Origin: Tubulanus polymorphus
Taxonomy: Eukaryota > Animalia > Nemertea
Assembly (NCBI RefSeq): GCF_964204645.1
Contig: NC_134026.1
Coordinates: 14,604,150 to 14,668,149 of the forward strand
Direction: 5' to 3'
Length of the DNA: 64,000 bases
Made by a program: the position numbers and the translations under genes. Position 1 is the stretch's first letter; the number at the start of each line of letters is the position of its first letter. This document shows, in pieces, positions 48,104-59,088 of the stretch. Below the pieces are notes generated by a model that was not told where the DNA came from, searched no databases, and saw only the letters and a list, made by a program, of their open reading frames with translations.

Positions 48104-49040
48104 TTGGTAGGTGAAAAGAAAACAAAATCTAAAAATGGTGATGTTCCAATTGAAAAAACTTTAGATGATTTAGGAATAACAGAAAACAAATTAATTCCAG
48201 ATGATGGTGCTTTAAATAATGTTACAACAAATAATAATTATGAATATTATCTTTATTGTAAACATCAATTAGAAATATTAATAGCATCTGGAAAATGTAA
48301 AAATTTTACTAGTAAAAATTTAACTCATAATGAATTAGATACAATGAAATCAGATGAAATTATTAGATTATTTAAGATTAATGAAGCCGCGAGAACAGCT
48401 AGAATTAATGACGCGATATCAGAAAATGTAGTAAAAGGTTATAGTAAATTATGTAATTATATACTACCAATTGAAGATGAAAATAGATTATATTCCGATT
48501 TAAAAAAATGATTATTTTGTTATGACTGAATTAAATAAATGGATTGGATATTTATCATTTCAATTAGGTGGATTTATGACATTATTATCAACTGGGGTTA
48601 TAACATTTTCAAATATTGAAAGTAAAAATATTTCTATAATAAATGAGCGAGGTGGAAGAAGTGAAGGAATTAACTGTGAAGAAAAAACCGAGATCACAGA
48701 AACAAATTGAATGGTCTCGGCAATTAGGAATTAAATCACAAGAATATAAAAAAGCTGTAAAAGAAAAAATAAGTAATAAAAATGGTGAAAATATTGTTAT
48801 TTCTACTCCTTCTAATAATTGAATATTTGATAAATGTCTATATTTTACAGTTGGATTTGTAATTGTATTCATTTTGATTGGGTGTAATTGGTATAAGAAA
48901 TCAAATAAAATTCATGATATTAATAATTCTGAAACAACTGCTATCAAAAATGAAAATACTTCTGAAATTCCAAAATTGACAATAAAAAAAATGGATTAAT
49001 ATTTTAGAAAAAAAGCAAAAAAAAATAATTTTTTTAATTA
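48104..49040 (+). pseudogene. Disrupted homologs of the 196-aa and 125-aa proteins
   Basis: Reverse-complement match to 34126-35041; TAAATG mutated to TAATTG. Confidence 0.8.
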
Positions 49041-49067
49041 ATTGAATATCTCACTACTTTTGTCTAT

Positions 49068-49094
49068 CACTGTGTGGGTGCTGTTTATGGCACC
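49068..49094 (-). mobile_element. Double-hairpin micro-element, copy 3
   Basis: Minus strand GGTGCCATAAACAGCACCCACACAGTG flanked by AT/AT; empty site CATAGATAGAC in B (~34065-34075). Confidence 0.7.
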
Positions 49095-49178
49095 ATCTAT
49101 GCGGAGCAATTAAATTGTCCAGATAAGTCATTTCGGATTCTAGATATTCATTATTTTTATTAATTTATTTTTTAAAAT

Positions 49179-49505
49179 TTAATCAACAATTTCTAAATCA
49201 TGATGGCCATCTTCATTTTTTCCATGATAGATTATTTTAAATCCTTCTAAATCTTTTAATTCCTTTGTACTCAATGAAGCCCATTTATCAGGTAAAAATA
49301 CTTTTAATTCTCGCGATGTACTAACATTACAGCAGCTTAAATTAGCTGATACTTTCTCTCCATATTTAGTTTTTATCTTTTCTAATTTCAATATTTTATG
49401 TTCAATTTCTTTTGTAACATCAACTAACTTTTTTATTTCAAATTGTTTTTTTGATGGTTTTATTCTGTTATTTATTGTTGCTAAGAATGCTTTTCTATCT
49501 CCCAT
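49179..49505 (-). CDS. 108-aa TIR-proximal protein, possibly an OB-fold ssDNA-binding protein
   Basis: Intact; KKL.DV...HKI..LEKIKTKYG.KV.A.L...KVFLP pattern; function is inference only. Confidence 0.6.
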   Translation of the reverse strand: MGDRKAFLATINNRIKPSKKQFEIKKLVDVTKEIEHKILKLEKIKTKYGEKVSANLSCCNVSTSRELKVFLPDKWASLSTKELKDLEGFKIIYHGKNEDGHHDLEIVD

Positions 49506-49845
49506 TTATTAGGAAAAGAAATTACTTGTGGTGATGAGTGGGGATTACTTCCCCTTGTATATAACAAACACGCTATTAACCGTTCTCACCCAAGCCTCAC
49601 AGCATCTATTTATCCGGGTACAGTTGACACGCAATCACTGTACTACTACAGTAATAGCACACGCGTTAATAACCGTTCTCAGTAGAGACTCACTGTATCG
49701 ATCTATCCACGCGCAGATGTTGTTACGCGCACTCACTGTATATGTGTATCACAGAGCAATCGTCCGTTCTCACTAGAGCCTAGCTGTGATGAGTGGTGTC
49801 TAGTACTCTAGTACTCTGGTACGAAAACGCCATCTTCTAATTACT

Positions 49846-52337
49846 ATCATCTACGGTTAAATGTTCTGGGCAATAAGGTAAGTTTCTTGTTTTAAACTTT
49901 ATATTTTCAGGATATTCTAAATCAACTACAAAGAAATACTCCTCTTTTAATTGATCATAAAATTGATCTTTTAATAATTCTGTTACATTAAAATCATTGT
50001 GTGTTTTATAAAATGAATAAGGAATTGCGCCTTTATATCTCAATAATTTAAAATCTTGGTCATTTGGATAATAATATCGAGTTATTATAAAATCATTATC
50101 AACTAAAATTTTTGATAAATTATCTAATGAACTTGCTAGAAATCTATAAGAATCTAAAAATCTAATGCAACCAAATTGAAATGAAATATAATTTTCAGAT
50201 GTTTTAGCTAATAGATTAAAATCATATTTTCTTACATTTACACCATTCATAGCATTATATTCTTCTATTTCTTGATTAATTGTGCCCAATTTCCTTGATA
50301 ATTGTTTTATAAATAGATGGGTATCATAGCCTGATAAATTATGAAATAATATTGGTACGAAATTAACTTTCTTAGCTTGTAAATTACAATCTTCATGAGC
50401 AGCTCCACGATATTTTGAATTTAAATGATCATGATCTCTAACTTTTTTATCAAATGAATAAAAACGTTTTTCACAATAACAACAATGAGTTGGATAATTA
50501 AAATCAATTTCATCTTCTTTTGTCATAACTATTCTTTTATTTTTGTTTAATAATTTTGCAAAATCACTTTCTAATTCAATCATTTTGTCACAAAAATCAT
50601 TAACTACATTTTCACCTCTAAAAGAAATATACTGACTTTCATATAATTCAGGATAATTTGATTTTATACAAATTCCATAAGCAGCAGCTCTTTGATGATC
50701 TTCTTTAATTGTATTTATAATTGGCGGGTCTAGTGTTGTGTCTTCATTTAATTCATTTCCTTTATCCATTGATTTCAATAATTGCTTTTTGTTATATATC
50801 TTTTTTCTATCTTGATCAGTTAATTCTTTATTCAACGATTCAAAATCCCCATAAATTACAAATGGAACAATATTTTTAAATTTATGATTAGTAAATTTCA
50901 ATTTATAATCTTTTTCTGTTGGCATTATTAATTTGCAAAAATCTTTATTATCACATAATTCTTTATGTTTTAGTAACGCATTCTCAGTTTTAAATTTAGA
51001 TAAACATTTTCTACGTAGATAAATTTTATTACTGTTAAAATCACTTTCTGTTCTAAAGAATAAATCAATTTGTTTTAACCACATATAATGTTCATTTTCA
51101 TCTTTTTTGTAATATAACAAATCTATAGCATTTTCAACATCATAATATTCCGTTAAATATAAAGCTTCCAATGTATAATCTTTAATATTTTCACCTTTTG
51201 TCTTTGGTAATTGCATCAATTCGAATACATTTATTTTTAAATTATTAATTTTTTCTATTTTGGGTATCATTTTTATAGTGACTGGATATTGATCAATTTT
51301 ATATAATGTTTCATATTTCCGGTAAATTTTTTATTCTAAAACTATGCGTTATATCTTCTGTTGGATGTAAGCAACTAATAATTGACCATAGAAAACATTT
51401 ATTATCTTCATTTTGAACATTTATTACTGCTTTTGTTGTAAATGGTAATTTAATATAAGATGATGCTTTAATATCCTTTTCTGTTGTAAAGTTTGAATCA
51501 TTTTTAAACATTGTTTTACTTTTTGATGTTTTATTCCTTTTTGTATTATAAACATTTAAATCTAAAAATGTAATTTCATTTAATGATAAACCAGAACCCT
51601 CAAAATATCTTTCTTCAATATGACGTTTAAATTCATTAAATACTTTTTCTAACTTCTCTTTTATTTGCGTTTTTGAAATTATTTCTTCAGAGAGTGTGTG
51701 AATATTATAATCCATTTTCTCTTCTGACTATAAAAAAACTTACTTTCCCAGAGATACTAATTTTTGGATATTCAACATCTGTTATCAAATCTAGTATTTC
51801 TTCTATTATTTCATTAAATTTATTATAATCTTCTATTGTTGTACCTTTAAAAAATCTAAATATAATAGCTGCAGGACCAATTTTACTACGTAATGTTTCT
51901 AATATTTCAATTGTATCTGTTATTTCTAGTGAATCAATATAATTTCTAACATTTTTCATGTAAGGCTTATTTGAAATGGATTTAGTTTTTGAAGTTGGTT
52001 TTTTTACTTTTTGAGGTTTATCATCGAAATAATCTTTTCCTAAAACATTACTACTCAAATTTTGATGGTGTTTTTGTAATTCGAGATGTCTATTATAATT
52101 CCTTTTTACTATAAATTCATTACAAACTTTACATTTTATTTCATCCACATTCATATTTTCTAATCGTTCTTTTCTTTCATTGGAATTTTCTGAAGTTTCA
52201 AAATCTATAACATTTTTTGTGTGATTTGAAGATTTTTCATGACGCGATTTTTGAGATTTATCAATGTACTTTTTACAATATGGACAATAATATTGATTTT
52301 CATTAACATCAATTTGTTCTGTCTTATTCTCTCCCAT
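49846..52337 (-). pseudogene. pPolB of Maverick B, 5' part (C2H2 fingers, EndoVII-like HNH insert, exonuclease), interrupted by copy C
   Basis: INVQNEDNKCFLWSI, PFVIYGDFES, C.YC...VRDHDHL..KYRGAAHEDCNL, PILFHNLSGYDTH, RFLDSYRFLASSLDNL. Confidence 0.92.
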
Positions 52338-52674
52338 TTATAAGGAAAAAAAATTACTTGTGGTGATGAGTGGGGATTACTTCCCCTTGTATATAACAAG
52401 CACACAATTAACCGTTCTCACCCAAGCCTCACAGCATCTATTTATCCGGGCACAGTTGACACGCAATCACTGTACTACAGTAATAGCACACGCGTTAATA
52501 ACCGTTCTCAGTAGCGACTCACTGTATCTATCTATCCACGCGCAGTTGTTGTTACGCGCACTCACTGTATATGTGTATCACAGAGCAATCGTCTGTTCTC
52601 ACTAGAGCCTAACTGTGATGAGTGGTGTCTCGACCTCTCGACCTCTGGTATGAAAACGCCATCTTCTAATTACT

Positions 52675-55600
52675 TATATTAGCCCGAGCACAAGAACAGT
52701 TTTTTGTGCACATGCTTACAGTACATTTACAGACTTTGCGAGACGTTGTCACTGGTTTTGCCGTCTTTGTCATTAACACCGGTGCCATCGTGCCAGTATC
52801 GGTAACTTTCCAACCAAAGAGTGTCGGATTTGGGATGATAGGTTGATATTCTACTGATTCCCTGTAAAGCAGTAGCTGATAAAGTGATCGCAACGTGTGT
52901 TGCCTGATTGAATCTTCGGTTGGCGGTAAACAACGTAGATCTGACGATTTCGAAGCAAAAAGATGCTGACGTAAAGTATCTAATGATTTAAAATGTTCTG
53001 TAGATTTACCATACAACGACACAAAGATAGAAACAGCTTCGGCGAAAATCTCATCAGTTGGGCTATGGTCTTTATTTGCCATGTAGTGAACCAGGTGTGG
53101 CAATTTACCAATAAGTTTTATAGCTACACTTGCTGATCGACACTTCTCCTTTCGAAACGGGTAACTGACACTGTCACATCCTGTCAAAACGTACGTGCTA
53201 AGTAACGTAACCATTGCATTATGGGGACATAATGGTGCGGGATCGATTTCATTCATACAGAGATGGTTGACATACTCATGGATGGGGAGGAAAGTATTAG
53301 CTAACGGCTTTTCAACCCACAGCTCACCAATGTCCAATTTGGTCTTGTTGTACAGGGCCAGCATTATTATATCGGTATCCGTGGCTCTTATTACTGCTCG
53401 ATTGACTTTCAGCTTCTCAGTCGAATACCGGAGATGAGCAAAAATCCTGGTATCTGCCTCTTCGTGGCCCTTGCATTGGAAAACTATTGGCTCTTCGACG
53501 CTGTGTTTTGTTGCGGCCCAGGTTGTATCACTAGCTGTACATCCTCCGATATATAATACTATCCCATCAGGGATTACATCGTGACTTCTGATTATGTATT
53601 CTGCGATGTAGTCCAGCAAGTTAGCTTTATTTCTATCCACACTCAAGAACACTTTCCAGTCTCGTATCTTTAGGTTGTCTCGCACACAGTATTCTTTACA
53701 AGTTTTTCCTTTCTTTCTTCTGTCTCTCTCTGCTTCTTTCAAACTTCTCTCTCCAAAATCATATCGGTCGCCTACTAGATGTATTTGCTTGCAGTCTTTT
53801 GGCATGATTACGAACAATTTTCTCATCAATGATTCGGCCATACTTTTAAAATTTTTCGTACTGGTGGATAAGTGCCATGGCATCAATTATATACGTGGCT
53901 GCTTGGTTGTTACCGGTTTCTTCGTAAAGTCACTTTTATTGCCTTTTCTCATTTGTATACCATTCTCATTTTTTTCAAAGAGTGATGATGGGAAGTCTGT
54001 CCACTCATGTGTTAATGCTGTGCTACTTTCCTCTTCGGACATGAAGCATAATGCACGTGTGACGAGACTTTCATCCTGGTATATGTTGACTAGTTTTTTC
54101 TCCTTGCTCACCTTAGACACTTTATTTGAGTTGGAGAATGTCATAAGTGCAGGAGTCTTGATGGCCATGAGGTTTTGTTTTTAGCGGACTTGAGAGAAGA
54201 TATACCAATGTCTCGCGCATTTGCCAAATCGGAGGATAACAGAACCTCTCCAGAACTGATGTTGATGATGTTGCTTTGGTCTGTAGTCTGAAATGGGTTG
54301 ATGAATTGGGATTTGAAGGAAGAAATTATCTTTTTGACAGCATTGTTATCTTTTCCAGTCTGCTTTTTTGTGTCGGCATGATGTTTTGTAGATATGTTGG
54401 TGTTAATTTTGACCATTGACTTGAGACAATTCGATACCTTTGCCAGGAATGGGACAGACTGGACATATTTCTCTTGGGTAACTGGTTTGTTGTTAAGCCT
54501 TTGAACAGGTGATTCTTTCCATGGCGGTTGATTGACTATTCCAGACCCAGGTCTGTCCAAACTCCATTACATTTGTTTGTGGTGTGATTGACTGTGAAAT
54601 TTCCATTGATAAATTGTCGGTAAATTTCAGGGAATTATATTGGAAGTTTTCTCATATCGTCAATACAATGTGATAATGCTGGTGCATAGTTGGTATATCC
54701 CGCAGCGATAGTGTATGGGATCATTCTCTCGACTTCCGTGAGATGTGCTACCCAGTCCCCTGAACGCTCAGCCTTGATGTATCGCAATATAATGTGTACC
54801 ATATCCATGTACATTAACCAGAATTTTGCTGTCATGTTTGCTTCAATTAGATTTTTCAAATGATCTGTCCATCTTTCGTTCAGCACCTCGATTTCTGATC
54901 TAAGTTCACAAAACATACGTTTGAAATTTAAGATATCTTCATTTTCACAACAATTCTTCTGAAGCAATTCTATACGTTTCATATGGATATTTTCGCCTGT
55001 TGCTCCGACAAATGACTGCCAAAGCATGTTTTCTAATGACTCAACTATATTCAAATGGTACTTTAAGGTTGAATAGTAATCTTTGCCGGACACTACTTTG
55101 TCTGTTGTTCCACTTTTACATAGGTCATTTTCTAAAAGGATGGCTTCAAAGCCGCTTTGCTTCATTAATGTACCAATACTGGCCATGAAATTTGTTGCAA
55201 TGTGGAATCCACCAAGTCTGAAAATGAAATTTTCATACTTTTTCTCGTTTTTATGAACTATGCCTTTTAGAATGTCATAAATCTTCTGATCTGCAGTTAC
55301 GACTGTATCCTGTTGGCCCAGGTTCACAGTGACGTCTACCAAGTAATCAAGTGACTTGTGTACAACAGCATGCGATGTTGGCGAATGTGGGAACATCGGA
55401 CCATATGCTACAGTTGTTGGCCTGTTCAATTCGGGATGCAGGCAGTCCAAGAATTATGACCAACTTAGCAATGCGGTTTCTTTATCATAATCACGTGAAG
55501 CTGAACGGATTAGTGACCATAGGAAGCTCTCATCTGTAATGAGGCTGGTGCCATGTAGACTGCCTTCTCCCATTGAAGCAGTGTCGACTACGATATCTAT

Positions 55601-56812
55601 CATAGATCGTGCCTTGCGACTATCGTTCAAACTGGCATTGCTTTCAGGTACAGAAAAACGACATGGTTGTCCTTCTCTTCTTCTTTACCGGCACAGTACA
55701 ACTTTCCTCGGTATCATTTCCATATTGGTAAAACACATGTGTTGTCCCATGGAATGTGGAACCATCGCTTGTTTTATCATTAAAGTCATGGTTATCAAAA
55801 GCTGTCTGGAGAAATTGGCCTTTCTTCAACTCACTAGGAACAAAATGTCCATCAACACTATGTTCTCCAATACTTTGTACCTCGGCTGTAATAATACGTT
55901 AACCCGAATCATAACTGATAGCATGACCAAGCTTATTGAGTAATTCTATTGTTTCCTTGCTTCTTGTGGTTTTCAAAACATACAATGTTAATGCAGAATT
56001 TGTTGGCATCGCTAGGCATGTAGCCTGTGCCATCATATCCTGAGCTGTCGACAAAACTTGCAATTCTTCACTTTCCGATAAACACTCTCCAGCATCTTTA
56101 TCTGACAAAATTCAAGCCAAATGGTTGTACAGTTCAACTGGGACTCGCTTTCTTGCTTCATCAAGACTTATTTCCATTGTATTCACATCTGTTTGTTTGA
56201 AGGTAGTTGCATGTTTTTTTCATTAATGATCGGATGTGCTTTGCCAATGTGAATGCATCACAGTTGAAATTCAATTGACGTGGGTATTTCACTTTTTCAG
56301 CTGGTTCTATTTCAGGTGCATCTTGCAATTTCATCAATTGAGTGCACAGGTCACTCACAGTTATGGATCCCGAACATATGATGGTCATGCGTTTATACTG
56401 CGCTGGTATCGCTTGAATAGAATCTCCATACCTATTAGATAGTTTTTTTTAGAAGACGTGCTGACCGAATACTTGGACTTTCATTAAGAGAATTTCATTT
56501 AGAGAGATAAAATCACAGAGCTTGGTAAATGCCGCATCGGGTAATTTTGGTGAACTTGCCCGTTTATTTAAATAATTATCCATACAGAGAGGATGGTAAT
56601 GGTATCCTTCTCGATTTTTTGGACTCCCAATATGACTTACTAGTTTACTGATCATATGCTCATCACCCAACTCCTTGGCTTTTTCATACAATCTGGTTTG
56701 TCTTGTCTGTGCATAATCAAACATATACATTTTCCGATCTTTCTTATATCTCTCTTTCTCGCAAAGTAGACACATATTCATTTTTGTTGGTTTTGGTATT
56801 TCCATACTTTTC
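52675..56812 (-). pseudogene. Academ transposase/XPG-like nuclease/Cys8 polyprotein, many frameshifts
   Basis: LNKLGHAISYD, AFDN.DF, TFHGT, VVTADQKIY, RLGGFH, AERSGDWVAHL, GYTNYA, GHEEADTRIFAH, ATDTDI, LTGCDSVS, LPPT, FGW, CKC..C..NCSC; splice acceptor TTTTGCAG at 56820-56813. Confidence 0.85.
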
Positions 56813-56896
56813 CTGCAAAATATAAATTGTAAATAAAATTACACATGTATATTTATTATACACAACTGACTGTATATATATACTGAAATATAAACG

Positions 56897-57418
56897 AATT
56901 TGGTTCCCTTTGGCCTAGATATTTAAGTGCCGAAATATCAATGAAAATTTGGGCATAGGTTCCCCTCTCGGCTAGATATTTAAGCGCTGAAATATCAATG
57001 AAAATTTGGGCATAGGTTCACATCTTGGCTAGACATTTAAGCGCTGAAATATCAATGAAAATTTGGGCATAGGTTCCCCTCTGGGCTAGACATTTAAGCG
57101 CTGAAATGTCAATGAAAATTTGGGCATAGGTTCCCCTTTGGGCTAGACATTTAAGAGCTGACTTATAAATGAAAATTTGGGCATAGGTTCCCCTTTGGGC
57201 TAGACAGACATTTAAGCACTGAAATATTTAGATGAAAATTTGGGTAGGACTATAGGTTCCCCTCTGGGCTAGACAGACATTTAAGAGCTGAATTATAAAT
57301 GAAAATCTGGGCATAGGTTCCCCTTTGGGCTAAACATTTAAGCACTGAAATATTTAGATGAAAATTTGGGTATAGGAAGCATTAAAATATGAATGAAACC
57401 CAATCAGGCATAGGTTCG
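56897..57418. repeat. ~58-bp minisatellite (about 8-9 units) inside the Academ element
   Basis: GAAAATTTGGGCATAGGTTCCCCT(T/C)TGGGCTAGACATTTAAGCGCTGAAATATCAAT repeated. Confidence 0.92.
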
Positions 57419-58825
57419 CCAAAAAAGTTTGTGACTTATACATGTACATCATATCGGCCTAACCATTTGAAATGGACATTAATGCGGACAATTCTTTTTC
57501 TTTTGAAAAACAAAGCCTATATTTTTTCAGCTTATCAGGTTCACCCAGTCCTGGCAGTGGTTGCCTCCAAAGAGATCTCCGTCGCCCTACGATCCTAGTG
57601 TAACCAACAACCCAGACACATTCACTCAAATTCGCTGTACATCAGATACTAAGGTTCTTGGTGAAATCATAGGCCCATAGGTATTATAATCCATTCCATG
57701 ATTAATTTTGTAGTTCATCGAAAAAGAGAAGAAGTGATATTTACTTACCAAATTATGTTTGAAGTTTCATTTTAGACAATTTCCATCAAATATATGCTAT
57801 GAATTTAAAGGGTTGGCTTTGCGTGTCCGGCAATCAGAGCATACTTTACTATCAACAGCAGATAACTTGAATCGATGCATAAATCCTCTGTCAGTTTCAA
57901 CAAATTTGACAACAATTAAAGATGTTATGTGTACAATGTTACCCAGTAACAGAAATAACAGATGGTAGGTGATGATGAAATGAATGTCCCATTTCAATTC
58001 TGAAACACTATAAGAGTGCATTTCATTTCTTACAGCAGTTACAGTTATTTATTTCTAAAAACACTAAAAATCATGACTAAAAGAAGTAGCATTTTTTATT
58101 ATAGAATATTCAGTACCAGGATTGTGCGATAACAAAGGACATAAATATAACTAAATGCATATAATATGATTTGATTTTAGACACATTGAACTATAATCTA
58201 TTAAAATGTGGCTTTTTGATTTTCCATTCTATAAAAATGTTCGTACTATTATAAACCAACAATGGTCGTATTTTTCGTGATGTGCTACATTCACGCTTCT
58301 CCAACTTTAAAACGTCACTGTGTTCAAAGTGTTTAAGATAATCATCAAGGAATGATATAAATGTGAAGCATATAATTCCGCAATAATGATTAATGTCTAA
58401 AATTACGATTTAGAATTTTTGGAAGCGAGCTTTAATACAAAATCCATGAGGTGGTGCCTCGAAAAAAACGTAAAATTTTCTCAAATTGGATGAAACTTTT
58501 TGATTTTGTCGCAGACTTGTACGTAATTTCGTGATATGAATATATGAAATGAAAGCCCTGATAAATCTAAATAAAATGAATAAAGAATTACTTCCATACC
58601 TATTTCCAAAACTCTTTGTTTTATTCGCAGATTAGTAAATGATGCAATTTTAGTTCCCTCGGCTGACTATAGGGGGCGTTAAACCATTTTCGCACCACCT
58701 GTTACCATGGAAACGACCATCACCAGAACCGTACATGACCCCCTATCACAAAATAACAATATCCCGAGCAGAGCAAATGTGTCAATGAGAATCTAAAAAT
58801 TCCTCTGTCTGCTCCTCTACTAATA

Positions 58826-59056
58826 TTAATCAAATTGATTATTACCGGAAATAAATATGCATTATGGTTAGATTTTAGAACAACAGAGGATAACTTATTA
58901 CATGGTTCTGGAAAAAAATTACAGAACACTAAAGATGGAATACAATTATTCATGAAAAAGAAAAAAGTAAGCTTAAATTTTAAAATGCACATTTATATTA
59001 TATCTGACGCGCAATTAAATATCATAAATTCCCAATTGAATAGTGTTATGTATTAG
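58826..59056 (+). pseudogene. 3' part of the Maverick A major capsid gene
   Basis: TGNKYALWLDFRTTEDNLLHGSGKKLQN...LNSVMY*. Confidence 0.9.
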
Positions 59057-59088
59057 AATTTAGATTTTAATAAAACTTTTTATAATAA

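Larger units (their letters stand above)
41888..49845 (+). mobile_element. Maverick C (same family as B, opposite orientation; right half with one TIR)
   Basis: Gene array colinear with A and B; TIR 49498-49845 ends ...CTAATTACT and abuts B's pPolB coding sequence. Confidence 0.9.
33321..52674 (-). mobile_element. Maverick/Polinton-like endogenous virus B (both ends intact, middle deleted or replaced)
   Basis: AGT...ACT termini, 345-bp TIRs (33321-33665, 52330-52674), perfect 6-bp TSD TATATT (33315-33320, 52675-52680); integrase, ATPase, MCP 3' end and pPolB. Confidence 0.95.
32291..58822 (-). mobile_element. Academ (AcademX-type) DNA transposon
   Basis: TAGTAGAGGAGCAG...CTGCTCCTCTACTA termini, ~570-bp TIRs (32291-~32868, ~58253-58822), 3-bp TSD ATA (a 5-bp AATAT reading is also possible); encodes transposase + XPG-like nuclease + Cys8 finger. 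Confidence 0.85.

Noticed and set aside
33658-52337. N-myristoylation signals (many proteins start MG)
   Set aside because: Explained by the TAAATGG start context and, for two genes, by the shared TIR.
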